DNA of 64,000 nt from Balanoglossus misakiensis (taxonomy: Eukaryota; Animalia; Hemichordata), in assembly GCA_040954595.2 (NCBI GenBank), contig CM082587.2:62001-126000 (forward strand). Reading direction: 5' to 3'. Shown here one piece after another: positions 25,401-37,600 of this stretch. Positions within the stretch are counted from its first letter, which is position 1. Every line of letters starts with the position of its first letter. A program made the translations under genes and the position numbers. The notes beneath the pieces were generated by a model. The model saw only the letters and a program-made list of their open reading frames with translations. It searched no databases and was not told the origin of the DNA.

Positions 25401-28400
25401 GGTTGAGGACATTCCAAGGTCATCTTCTTTGCAATACCTGGATACTACAGACTCATCAGGTGCCCGTAAGAGTGCCCCCAGCTCACCCACAAGGGCTAGA
25501 ATCAAACCTGAGGTACATATATATACATGCTGTGATGGCTTTCATTCTGTGAGACATACAAGTGATTTTGCAGGTGGTTGGTATTCACAAAGATAAAATT
25601 GTCTTGTTTTTTTCTTATGTTCTGTTTCTTTCATTCCTTGCAATCCAAACTTTTCCCTGTAGATGTTACATTTTTCCCATCTTTCGTTTTCTTCTGTAAT
25701 TCCAACCTGAGTTACTTCAGGTTGGTCCTGGGTGTCAACCTTCATTTCCTTTCCCACCTGCATTCATTTCTTACTTCCATGCTTGTTTTCCTTCTTCATG
25801 GTTCCCCCTCTCCACTAGCTTCTGTTCTTTCCCAAATGTTGGTACAATAATGCATTCCTAAAGAAATGTCATAGATTATTGTAAGAAAACATGAGAAAAA
25901 AAAGTACTCATCATTGTTCGTTATCTCTCTCTCTCTCTAACCTTCCTTATCAACTGACGCGTGACACCTTAAAATAACCTGATCATAAAAAAATTCTTTC
26001 ATTTGAAACTAAAGTTTGATTAAAGATTAGTCTTTATAGAAGTGGTGAACATAAGGAAAATGTTATACACTCCCTCTATCTCTGCACAGAGACCACCACC
26101 TCCAAAGCTGCCAGCCCCATATGAAACTTATGTACAGTCTCAAACTAGGAACAGAACCAAGGCTCTTCATGGAAGTGAAAATCAGAAATTTAAAAAGACA
26201 CCCAAGGATGAGTAAGTATTGGGAGTTGCTTTAACCCTTTCACCATTACAGTAACCAGAACAGACACTGATGTACTAAGTCATCAAATTATAGGAAGGTC
26301 CTCACTTCATTCTTAATCTTTTATTTTCTATTTAAGGTAGTGTGTGCCTTAGAATTTTCATAAAAATCGCAACTTTATTTTTCATGGCAAAGTATACTGT
26401 ATGATAATGTGCCAATATGCTTCTACTGCATTATCTAATAGCAGGTCTTGTTGTCTGATAGTCATTCTGTGCTGTGTTTGTATCATACTTTTTGCAGGGT
26501 GAAATCTTACAATACACTGTTTGTTGGTGATACTGAAAGTGTTGAGGACAGTAGCAGTGAAGAAGAATCTAGTAAAGGCGAGGGACATTGGCAATTGATG
26601 GATGAGTTTGATCACATGTTTCAAAAGCTTGACAGAGGATTATTGAACACAAACAGTGATTCAAGTGTAAGTATAATCATTTTCATGTGGCCCTTTTCCT
26701 TCACATATCAAGTAGCCATGGAAACAAACTTATCTTACTTTAGAAACAAATCTCAGTATTTACTAACAACACACAATTTGTGTTAATGGGCACTAACTGC
26801 CATTTTAAGGTGTTCTGGTTTCTATCCTGTTCTACCCCCTGTGACATGCTTATCAACCCCCCCCCCCTCCCCAAGCAAACTATGACACACAATATAAATG
26901 CCACAAAAGTTTACATGGTCACACATGGCATTCTTTGTAACTTGTTTACACCCATGCATTAAGTTTGTACAAATATTCATGATGTTGTGAAATATGCATT
27001 TTGTTTCCCCCAAATCCTAAGGCACTACGTATCATCCAATCTTAGTTGAGTTAACAATGAATTACAAATGGATTGGTCATGAAACTGTGTTTTTTCTCTC
27101 TCTTTGCCATCCCTGGTTAAGCTGGCCATCACCATGATATATCTAAGCTGCTATAATTTTAGTTAACATGCATGTGGGATATTATGTAAATATCTGCTTG
27201 AAACTTTATCTGACATTAATAACCCTCTTGTAAAGCAAAGATGTAATTGAAATTATTACTCCTTACCGAAAATTTGATGACTCAGTTGTTTGTGTCTACA
27301 GATACATAGTAAGACCTTTGTCATTTTTGTGAGATAAGTTTCTCATAAATTATTTTAATACTTTCAGCCAATTGAAGATTTCCCCAAGTGTGACTTCAAC
27401 TTTTTTGACTGTTTGACATCTGTTGCTTCCAAAATATTGGTGTTACAGTAATACTTATCATGCAAAAAGTCTCTCGTCTGTTTATTTCTAAACTGGTTGT
27501 AATGACCACAGGCCTGAAATAATTTTGACTGCCTTGCTGCTGTAAATATGAGTGAAAGAAGCCCTATAATATAAAGACAAACGTGATCATACTTCACTAA
27601 TCCTGCATGTTGTCATTATCGCTGCATTTTTAAAGACACCATGTAACCTCATATTGAACATGCACCAGCTATTAAAGGTCAGTTATAACTGCCTAGTAGC
27701 CTCCACAGTACTGGAAATATCTCATGATTCACTATGATTTGTACCCTGGGAGATTCCTCAATGAATGTCAGCCATTTGGACCATTTTAAGTGACAAAAAT
27801 TTCTGTTTTTCCTATACATTAATTGTGAAATGATGTTCAATGAAGAAATAAGCAAAAATTGTACTATTGTAGCGACCTACAAATGCTTAAACTGCCATGT
27901 TGTATATGTGACAGACTACGCTGATCAACCTCACAAGGTGTCTTGGATCACGCCACCCCCAACAACCAAAATAACATGTCTCACTGACAAAAGAATGACC
28001 TACGAAATAATGCAGGGGGATAAATGTGATTTTGTGGCAATCTATGTATAGGAGCTGTCAGCACACAAAGAGAGATCGGTTGTGGTCATTGTAGAATAAA
28101 AATACTGAAAATGTTGCAAATATTGGTGTTTTTTAAGTTTATTATAACATTGAAATGCATGTTTATTAGATATAATTAAATGTGTATTTGGATCATTCAT
28201 TGGAACATAGCATGTGAAAAGAAATAAACTTTTAGAAAGGCAATCTAAATGGTACAAGTCAAAAGAGAATTTTGAGTAATTTATAATGCTGCAAACTCTT
28301 TCCTTTTCTGCTCACATCTCTCATCTGAGTGACCTCTATGTGGGTGTGTACGCTCATACTGAATTTATACTCTAAACAAATGTGATTTGATGTGTATTGT

Positions 28401-31211
28401 TTGTTTAGGTACAGCGTGGTCAATACCGCCATTCAGTGCCCACACCTCTCACTAGGCAGACTCAGAGAAGTACCAATGATGCATTTTGCACAGTAACATC
28501 CACTAATACACCAAAAGGGTGTCCAAAGGTACTTTAGCCCAAGGTCTTTTGTTGTTGTTTTGACTTTTTTGCTTGCAATAGCTTCATTAACACTAGCATT
28601 TAGTAGGCACTGGAGCATAGCAAGTCACTTTATAATGGTATGTTTGATCTAACAACTGTTGTGTGCTTCCTTATTATGCCTTGCAGAATAACCCTACTAA
28701 TTTTGAAGCTTAACCCCAAACCTCTCCACTCTGGACATCCATATTTCCATGGTAGTACAGCAGAATTTGTACAGTGTGCGTCATTGGAAATCTATCTGTT
28801 TCTATATTTTCACTATCTTCCCTATTTTGTTGGTACATGTTGTCAAGTGGTTGCTTTGAACATTGTCTAGATTTAAGATTAACCCTGAAAAATGTTGAAA
28901 TATATGTAGCAGTTGTCATAACATCAATCTTACCCTACTTATAACTATAGTATTTAACTATTATGATTGTGCACTTTTTAGAAATAAAGATTTAATCTTG
29001 TTACCTATGTTAAACATATGTACAGGTATATAAACATATCTTACCATGAAAGCAATCCCTGGCGCCATTTGTTTGACAACAGACAACCAGGAAACTAATT
29101 GCTTTGTGTTTTGCCATATTGATCACTGCTTTTCACCTGCATTTTACCACATTGTACATAACAGCAAGGATTATTCACTGCCGGCATGGGATTTTTCTTG
29201 TACATAGTCTGTGTCCGATGTCAGATTCATGTTACTTGTCACACTCACCCTACCTTCTCTAAAATGGCCTCCTGACCTTACAAGTTAAGTTTAGGAATTT
29301 TGCATGTGTTGGTCAACCTGGCTATGGAGTTGTGTCATATTGACCCGATGTGCATGTACAGTGATGACATCTGCTACCCATATCAACACAGATTGCATTA
29401 CATTGACAATATAATATTATGACAAGTTTGTTTTTAAATGTTAATTTAATGTGTTTCATTGTTTAGTGTCACTTAGCAGGTTGTTGGCCTTGTAAGCTGA
29501 CACAGTACAGTACTTATTTTCTTCCGTATCACATTATATGAAACTTACTTGTACCATTGGTTGTAATCTCTTATGGGGACCTTCCACGAAGTGTTAGATC
29601 TCTGATTGCGGTTTCATTGCTCAGATTTTTGAAGCTCAGATTCCAAGACTGGCATGAGAGACAAATGCATGCACCACTATTAATTGATTTGGGTAAACAC
29701 ATAACGCAGATAACTGGCAACACTTCCAATCACTAGTTACACAGTCATGATGCACAACCACTCCCAAGGCCCCCCCCCCCAAAAAAAAGCCCGACATCAA
29801 TCATACAAACATGACTTGCAGGCCTGGACATGCTGGGATTTAAACTCGCTAGCATAACGAGAGTTGTGATGTCAAAACTGTCAATGACCAGTACATGCTC
29901 CAACAAGACATTTGTAACCAGTTGGATGGTGGAGCTGAGGGGAAACTTCCAAGAAATGTCTATTGTACTGCTGTACAATGTCCTGAACAGTATCAGAAAA
30001 AAAAATAGCCCTGCATAAAGTGGGTAAATGCCCGTACCTTACCTTTCCTGAGAGAACCCTCAGGAGATCTTATTAGGCTATCCTATGATCCATAGACTAG
30101 CCTTCAAAGTCTGCAAGTAGTGGTGCATGGATTGTGCCCATAGTAATGTCTGTAGTCTGCCTAAATGTGATAAAATGTTGTCAGGTAGGGCATTAAGCAT
30201 GTAAAACCACCTCCATATCAGTGTATATAAATTTGCCATTAATATTGTTAGTGAAATATCCTCTAATCATCTGTAAGAAGGCTTGCTTCACCTTTAACCC
30301 TTTCACCACCATGGTTCAGTCAAAATCCTTTGTTTTGTAAACTGGGGTGAAAGGGTTAATAATAGAGTGACACTTTTTTAATTTGAGTGTCATATTGTGT
30401 TCTTTTGGTAATCTTTGTGTCTGATACACTTTTGCAGGCAGATGAAGAAGCGGAGAGTACTATAGTAGCAACTTCAAGAAGTCAGTGGCAAAGCTTTGAT
30501 GACAATTTTTCAACACAGCAAGCACTTCAAGCATCCAGAAAGGAGACAGAACATGGCAGCCAAGGTGGTGACAAGCTAATTGACCTTGCTAGCAATGCAT
30601 TGCACTCTCGCCCGCCAACTGTCAAAAGGCAACCACCTGTTGTGCCACCAAGGCCAGTCAGTTTTCGGAAATCAGTCGTGAAAATAGAAGTGACGGCAAC
30701 ATCGCCTACTCAAGAGGAAAGCCGACCACCTCCTCCAGCAAGTCTTATTGATTCCCCATTGCCCCTCAGTTTCTCAAGCCCTCAGTTGACTTGTGAAGAT
30801 ACAGAAATCTCACCACAACGGCCAAACTTTAATTCCCAGCAAGAACTACTTGCAGAGTATGGATTGAGTGCAGATAACTGGCGCACACCATCTTCACAAA
30901 GGACTCCCTCAGCCAGTAGTTTTAACAATCCTGCCTACAGCCCTTCCAACCAGCCACAACCATTATGGAAGAGGAACCTGCCTGATCTAGTTCCTGATCT
31001 GCAAAATACTCACGGAGCGGGACTGTCTGGAAGTGCTCCGGTGCTAGTGCCAAGTATACAACCTGTGTCTCCATTACAAACAGAGACTGATAAGGCAGAT
31101 CCCTTTGCAGACCTAGTGTCAGAGACCAGGGCATCAGTGATGAGGGAGAAAACAATAGAAAGCCAAAAGAGTAACCAGTTTGGTTCTGTCAGATTGCAGT
31201 CTGGAACTTAA
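16476..31211 (+). CDS. DENND1: DENN domain-containing protein 1 (connecdenn; Rab35 GEF family)
   Basis: Exons 16476-16492 (MGCRVR), 17613-17677, 17961-18054, 18286-18399, 19148-19217, 19475-19570, [19862-19891], 20295-20348, 20770-20831, 21009-21057, 21317-21463, 21914-22024, 22722-22847, 23038-23139, 23482-23572, 23666-23736, 24324-24356, 25124-25180, 25399-25512, 26090-26211, 26498-26666, [28409-28528], 30438-31211. Motifs [80 protein letters not shown]. Exons after 25124 are less certain. Confidence 0.93.
17708..17869. mobile_element. Short Tc1/mariner-pogo-like MITE
   Basis: TIRs cagtaaaacatgtc ... gacaggttttactg (13/14 match), right end followed by TA; internal aaacctgt subrepeats. Confidence 0.65.
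22293..22410 (+). mobile_element. Dispersed repeat family copy (second copy at ~58115-58235)
   Basis: ccccaagagctgccgatttttgcattattttcatgattttactttccaacat vs ccccaatagctgccattttgtattattttcatgattttactttcaaacat. Confidence 0.75.
30294..30359. mobile_element. Tiny TTAA-flanked (piggyBac-like) MITE; related ends at 26231 and 58287
   Basis: ttaa-ccctttcacc...ggtgaaaggg-ttaa; the same terminus ttaaccctttcacc occurs at 26231 and 58287, and the latter shares the internal tacaaaacaa.ggattt.gac. Confidence 0.75.
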
Positions 31212-31984
31212 AATCACAGCTATCATCAACTCCAGGGAACTTCACTGAATAAATTTAGTTCTCATAATAATGTATGGACACACTTATGAAAGAATGCAAA
31301 TGAAATGATTCAATTTTCACATTTGTATTTCTTCTCTTTAAAACCAACAAGCCTAAACATGAATACTAGTATTTGGAAAATTTTCTTGCCTGAGCACCTA
31401 ACTAGTAAAGTTTGAAAATAACACTTATGTTAAAGAATGGGACTTTTAATTTATTTACTACTAAAAGAATAATACATAACCATTTCCAAAGAATAAAATA
31501 ACCCAAAATCAATCTAGGTGAACATCAATATGAGTTTTCTTACTTCTACCAGATGTGTCACAGCTTTCAGGATATAACCTCAGTTATAAATAATCACTGT
31601 CAGTGGGAGGTGAGCTACTAGGTATGTAGGAAAGTGTTCTATGACATACAAATGCTTCTCAATTTGTGCTATGATATGATCCAAAAATGTGACATCATCA
31701 ATTCTTGTACAGTATGCGAGTTTTACATTGAGTGGCATGAAGGGTCATATATTACACAAAGGATAGAATTTTCCCACAGAAACACTTCTTGCTTTTACTT
31801 TAGGGGCTGGATTATTGTTGATGATTACACTTTTGGGTTTTCACAGAAAATCACTTCCACTCTTGACATTACAAATTATCGCCGTATATACTGGAAAAGT
31901 AACTAAGATACATAAAATCATATTTACACGGTTGAAAGAAATAAAGCAAGTCAGACATGATTGTCTCTAATTCAACCTTTGTAT

Positions 31985-32076
31985 TAGTCTCGGTTACCCA
32001 GACGCCTTTGCTCTTCCGATGCTCTCCAGAAAAGGAGAGCATCGGAAGAGCAAAGGCGTCTGGGTAACCGAGACTA
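31985..32076. repeat. Perfect 43-bp inverted repeat (6-nt loop), TAG...CTA palindromic element in the probable DENND1 3' UTR
   Basis: tagtctcggttacccagacgcctttgctcttccgatgctctcc - agaaaa - ggagagcatcggaagagcaaaggcgtctgggtaaccgagacta; exact reverse complements. Confidence 0.95.
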
Positions 32077-34470
32077 CCTTTGTATAGGTCATTATGATGT
32101 TTTTTATCTGCAAAGAAGCAATTTTTAATTCCCTGTTCTAGCACCAGTGGTAGTTGACATTGAATGTTTATTTGGTGGAAAAGTTTTTGTTTTTCATTGA
32201 AATATTTATCAGGGTAATATGTTTGCGTTTAGATAAAACTGATAAAGAATATGTACCTGAGGATTCAACTCCGAACTGGCCCCAGCTGTGATATTTGAGT
32301 TTTGACTTTCACTCAATCAGGCATGCATGTGTGAAATACCACACATTGCAACATGTGTTTTAGTCATTCAGAACAATGTCCCCAGCCATGGACACATTCC
32401 GAAGACCATACCAGAGTGATTTTTGACTCTACATATTCAGTTCAACTTCATTCTGCTGTCAGACAAGAAGCTCAATGTTTTGAATCATGGCTGCCCGGTT
32501 GTTTTTATGGAAACAAGATATGAAAAACGTACTTGCAGTTGCAGTATCATTGAAGTGTGTCTCTCTTCATTTCCATTTGAACCAGACAGTACAGAAACAA
32601 AGATGCCTGTCATCTTTAGTCAATGAAATATGCAGAAACGTTTTCATGGCTTGTCCGGGATACAATGACTTGAATTTTCTCTGAGCATACTGTTACAGTG
32701 CGATTTCAAGCTTTGAACAGACTGCTCACTAAGGGCGCACATCAGACATCAGACTGAGAAACCCAAAGATGTCTGATATCATATAGCTTTTGGCAAATTT
32801 ATTTTTAACAGCTGAATTTCTTGCTGGCAAGAAAACTGGTGTAACATGTTAGTCTAATGCCCTAAAGAAATCTTACATGAAAACAGATATGATGTCAGCC
32901 TTCTTGAACAATACATGTCAAAAACCCTGCCTTTATTTACAATTTTCAGTGAAAACAATATTTGCGTGAAATTTCAGTATGACCTTTTTAGAGCATGAGA
33001 GCTGCATTTTCAGGAAGTAACCAGAAAAGATTTAACAAGCATTCAACCGAATAACGAAGCTAACAATAAGCAATATTGGGATGGAGAATGATTTTTTTTA
33101 AGTTAAACATTTTACTTCCCAATGTTATGTGTAGTACTGAGACTGCAGGTGTATATATATATATGCTATTTTAGAAGAATAAAATAGTTTGTACAGAATT
33201 TTCCAGTAGATGCATGTCAATTTTTTCACCTGAGCTTACTGATATTGATATAAATCACTTTTCACACTTCTTGCAGTTCATTGTCTGACCAAACATTAAT
33301 ATATCTTCTGTTAATAAATGTATTGTAAAACGTGGCCATTTGGGATGCATGACTGTCAGAGATGAGAGAGAGAGAAAGATGGGGAGAGGGTGAGTTAATG
33401 CTCTGTTGAAGATTTGAACATAATCATGCGAACCTGAGGACCTATGGTAAAATAATAATCTGTTGTGTCGTGTTGCCTGAAGAGGTTGACAGACGGAATT
33501 CTAGGAGAGCAATTTTTAAAACTCGGTTCTTGCATTTTCTTTTCATGAGTATAATATAAGTAAGAAAATATTGATCTTATTTCATCACTGGGAATGTAGC
33601 GAACATGTCGATTCAGCCTAACAATGGATATGGTCCACTTTTCCTTGGGCTAGCTGCTTTCATGTTGTACACGAACACACTACTAACACAGTGGCAGCAA
33701 TTTGCCGAATAGATCATCTCTTTAACCTCGCCGCTTCATGAGGTATCATTTGCACTGCGCTACAACCATGACAATTGATGACATTTGCTTTCATCTGGCA
33801 AAAATCTCTTCTGAAGAGTCTTCTTTGTACAACATTCCCCCCAGCTTTCTATTATCTGCCAAACTGATATCTAAAACATGGCTGGTGATGCACAATAGGC
33901 ATTGAATATCGTGAATATCAACATGAATGAGTTTAGTTTAATCATAGGAGGTTTTCTGTGCACCATAGATAAAGCAATTCGCAAGGACGAAATTCAAATC
34001 TTAATGTGTCCCTGATGAACAATTCAATTTTGAAATCTTTAATTTTATGAATTTCCAAAGTGATGTTGATTCACAGATTAATACATAATATAGTAGAAGC
34101 AGCAGTAGTTGAGTCATGTGACCATGGTTGAGTTTTTAATAGCTTATTTTAAAAGTGCACCTTCTTTATGAGCTCCATCTAATGGTTTTGCTTAAAAAGA
34201 TTACAATGGAAAACAAAGGCTTAGCGCTGCATAGATATCAATTGTCAGAAAGAAACAAAATTAACATTCAATTTAGTGAAGAACCCTCATGTAATTGAGT
34301 TTTGAAGAATGATTCATTTTCGACATTTGCAAAACCATTACCTCAGAATTTTCAAGGTTGTATATGGCAATAAAATAATTTGAAAGGTATAATATATTCT
34401 TCTTCTGCAAGGATGGCACAAGTAGATAAGCCTACACTGAGAAACAAATCACAATCATTAATGATCATGT

Positions 34471-34484
34471 GCGCCATCTAGTGG
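34471..34484 (-). promoter_or_regulatory. Consensus CTCF core motif upstream of the guanylyl cyclase gene
   Basis: + strand gcgccatctagtgg is CCACTAGATGGCGC on the - strand, about 200 bp upstream of ATG 34680; CCAAT boxes follow. Confidence 0.6.
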
Positions 34485-34679
34485 TACATGTAGCGTTAAT
34501 CCAACCAATTGCAAAACAAGTGGGTAGTGCTGTTAAAGGACCAACCAGCCAATACAGGGAATTATCTCTATTGTAGCAATCCTGCAAACGGTTTGTGTCG
34601 CACGCTCTCTTGAAGACTACTAACGTCGACAAAGCTATCTACTCGTGTGATAATCATCATAGCTGTTAAAAAAACAGGA

Positions 34680-37600
34680 ATGATGCCTCTTCTCATAAAA
34701 CTTTTCCTGGCGATTTTATCAGATATGCTTCTATTGTCCGGTATTGGTGCAAGGAACTACAAAATTGGACTGATTGTCCCTACTGGCACGGAGTTCGAAG
34801 AATCCTTTGCTTGGGAGACTGGGGCGAGTGCCACAACTATCGCAATCGAGAAGATCGAGGCAGATCCCAATCTTTTACCTGGAGACAGCTTCAGGTTTGT
34901 AAATGTTTGTTCCGTAAATCAAAATGCTCTAATCTCATGTTATTGACTACAATTTATATTTATCTAGGTAAAGACTTAAAGGTGGAATTTTGATAAGCTT
35001 AAAACAATCATGCATCCCAGGGAATGCTTTGCAAAATATTGTATAGTATTGAGTGGTAATCACTTATCTTAACACATCTTGTTGCAATTTAAGAAACATA
35101 AAAGAGAAAATGATATAAGGACATATCCATCTGCTTTTTCAACACATCTCCTCGACTTCGTTATTAGACACTTGTGGCAAAGGTGGTGATTACACGTATT
35201 TCAATCAAGACGTTAAGAAGGAATCATTAACCATTTGGAGGCGTCTTGTCATTAATTGTCTTTAAGACGGAACCCTTTTCACATGTTCTTGAAACATTTC
35301 AATAACACAGATACATGTATGTGGAAAAATCTATCAACAAATTTATTAAGGCTCTGATAATTTTTAATACTTTGGTGACATCGGAAGAAGGCATCGTCGC
35401 TATTGCACAAAAAACACATTCTGCACTAGAGTCGCTTTCTTACCCTGTCACTTCAGTCCCTTTGTCATATATGGTGATCTCTGGCTTGAAATTGTGACCA
35501 ACTACATGACTGCATGTTGCCATATTTGCTGTGCATATTCTATTACCTCTTTTCCAACTTGCTCCTACCACCTACGATGCTACAAGTCATTTCTGATTTC
35601 TTGTACTTATAGCTATGTGAAAGTTGGGAGAAATCCCTGTTTTTATACAACTTTTTAACCATCTGCAGTATTAATTCTAAAAGAGGGTAACATTCCCTTT
35701 AGGCATTTTCTCGAATAATGCTCAAAAGAAATTAGAGACCATTTTTCTTTAAATTTAGAAAAAAGTTTGAGTTGCCTTACATTTTAAATTCAAAATGGTC
35801 ACCAATCTCTTTTAGACTATCTAGACAAGTTAAAGTAGTAATTCTTAGGAAACATGGTTATACACTCAATTCTCTTCAATTTTGTTTTCAAATTTTAACA
35901 CACTATATAGCAAAGAACTGAAAGGTTTGGATGACTTATCATTTTCTGAATATTTGTCTCCGAGGCATATTCATGTATACAACCAAGCAAGAAACAAATG
36001 TTGACATGACGTCGAAAATTTCAAGGTGTAATATTCACCTTCGATGACAACAGTAACTTTACCAAGACACAAAACCGGGGGCTAAGAGTTGTAGTCAAGC
36101 AAACTATTGTTCATAGTACTGCTGTCATACGACCTTCCCATCTCGTGTTACATAACGATGTTTTCGGATTTCCAGAATGTCTCGCAGACTATTTGGCTCA
36201 CATGTATTCTAAAACATTTATTCTATAACGCGACAACAAATGTGCTTCCAACAGCGTGTTAAGACCCATAACATGATTCCTACGACTGTACGCGGTCACT
36301 GTTCATCAACACCATGGAAACGCCTTTGAACTCTGCGTTTACACGTACCCCCTGTGGTGTTTGTTCGTTGACAACAAAACTTAAGGAATATAACCAAATA
36401 TGCATGTTGAATAGCTTCATGGAATGTAGTTGAGGTAGCTTTCTGCCTTTTAAGGTTTTACCCTATTTTATTTTGCGCATTTAAATTTATTTTTGTCTGG
36501 GTTTTCAGTAAACGTTCAATGAGGTAAACATTGTAAAAGATGGGATAACAAATTTCCACAATATACAGTGTTAAAATTAATATCAGTGATACTATTCACA
36601 ATATAAGATGAAAAAGTGGCCGCGCACTGAAGTATGGGTCATAATACGACTTCAAGATGGCCGGCGTATGCAGCAGCCGTCAAGATCGTGTCATACCTTT
36701 TTCTTTCTTATACCAGTATATCCTATAAGTACAACTATGGTGCCGCCTATGTCGACACAGAGATCAAATCGGACGATCAATGTCTAAATGAACACTGTAT
36801 AGCTCTCAAATCACAGCAAAAGAAGGTGATACAAAAGCCTGAGGTAACCGTGTTGCGCTGACCTGCGTAACAGATCCCGTGAGGACTGTGCCCAGAGCAC
36901 TATTATATAAACACACTCCTAAACTCCTGTCATTGCCTTTGGCCTCTTTTGCACACAACAATACAACGGTTCTCAACAAACAACATTCATCGACCAAACC
37001 TGACCGCCGCGTCGATCCAGACCTTGGCGAATATTCGAAAGGGGCTTCTGAACCAAAGCTGCCCCCCAAATGTAATGTAACAATGTAAATAATGTGACAG
37101 AAACCCAAACGGTCCGCCTCTGAAAACTGGTAGCGCACAGGCGGACCCGCGCGTTTCCTCTAACAAACAGCCCTGTCTCTACACATGGCGGTCGGAACTT
37201 GCCAGAAAGCACGCGCCTTGACGAAGATATCGGCCCACACCAACCTAATCAGGAAAAGTTGCACAGAGCCGAAACTTGAGGATCTGTCTTCAACAGATCC
37301 ACGCTAATTCTAAACACGTGACCCAGAACGCATTTCTGATTGGTGTAGAACTCACCAAGGGCGAGATGGGGAAACCCCTCCATCCGTATCTTGTCAGACG
37401 TATAGAAATACAAGTCAGCCCAGTTACGGTCACCATGGCAACATAACCGCATTCAGAATTCAGGGCTCAGTGTTTCCATTTTTCACTGTTATAAAGTTTT
37501 ATATTTTCTGGTCAAAATCACAAGGATTATTGTAAATTTTTGATATAAAATAGGTGATAGAGAATCAGATTTGACATTTAATTGAGCTTTGCTGCAGACG

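Noticed and set aside
29737-30018. Pro-rich stretch around C11-A8 as an exon or frameshift site
   Set aside because: All three frames stop shortly after the homopolymers; no convincing donor or homology.
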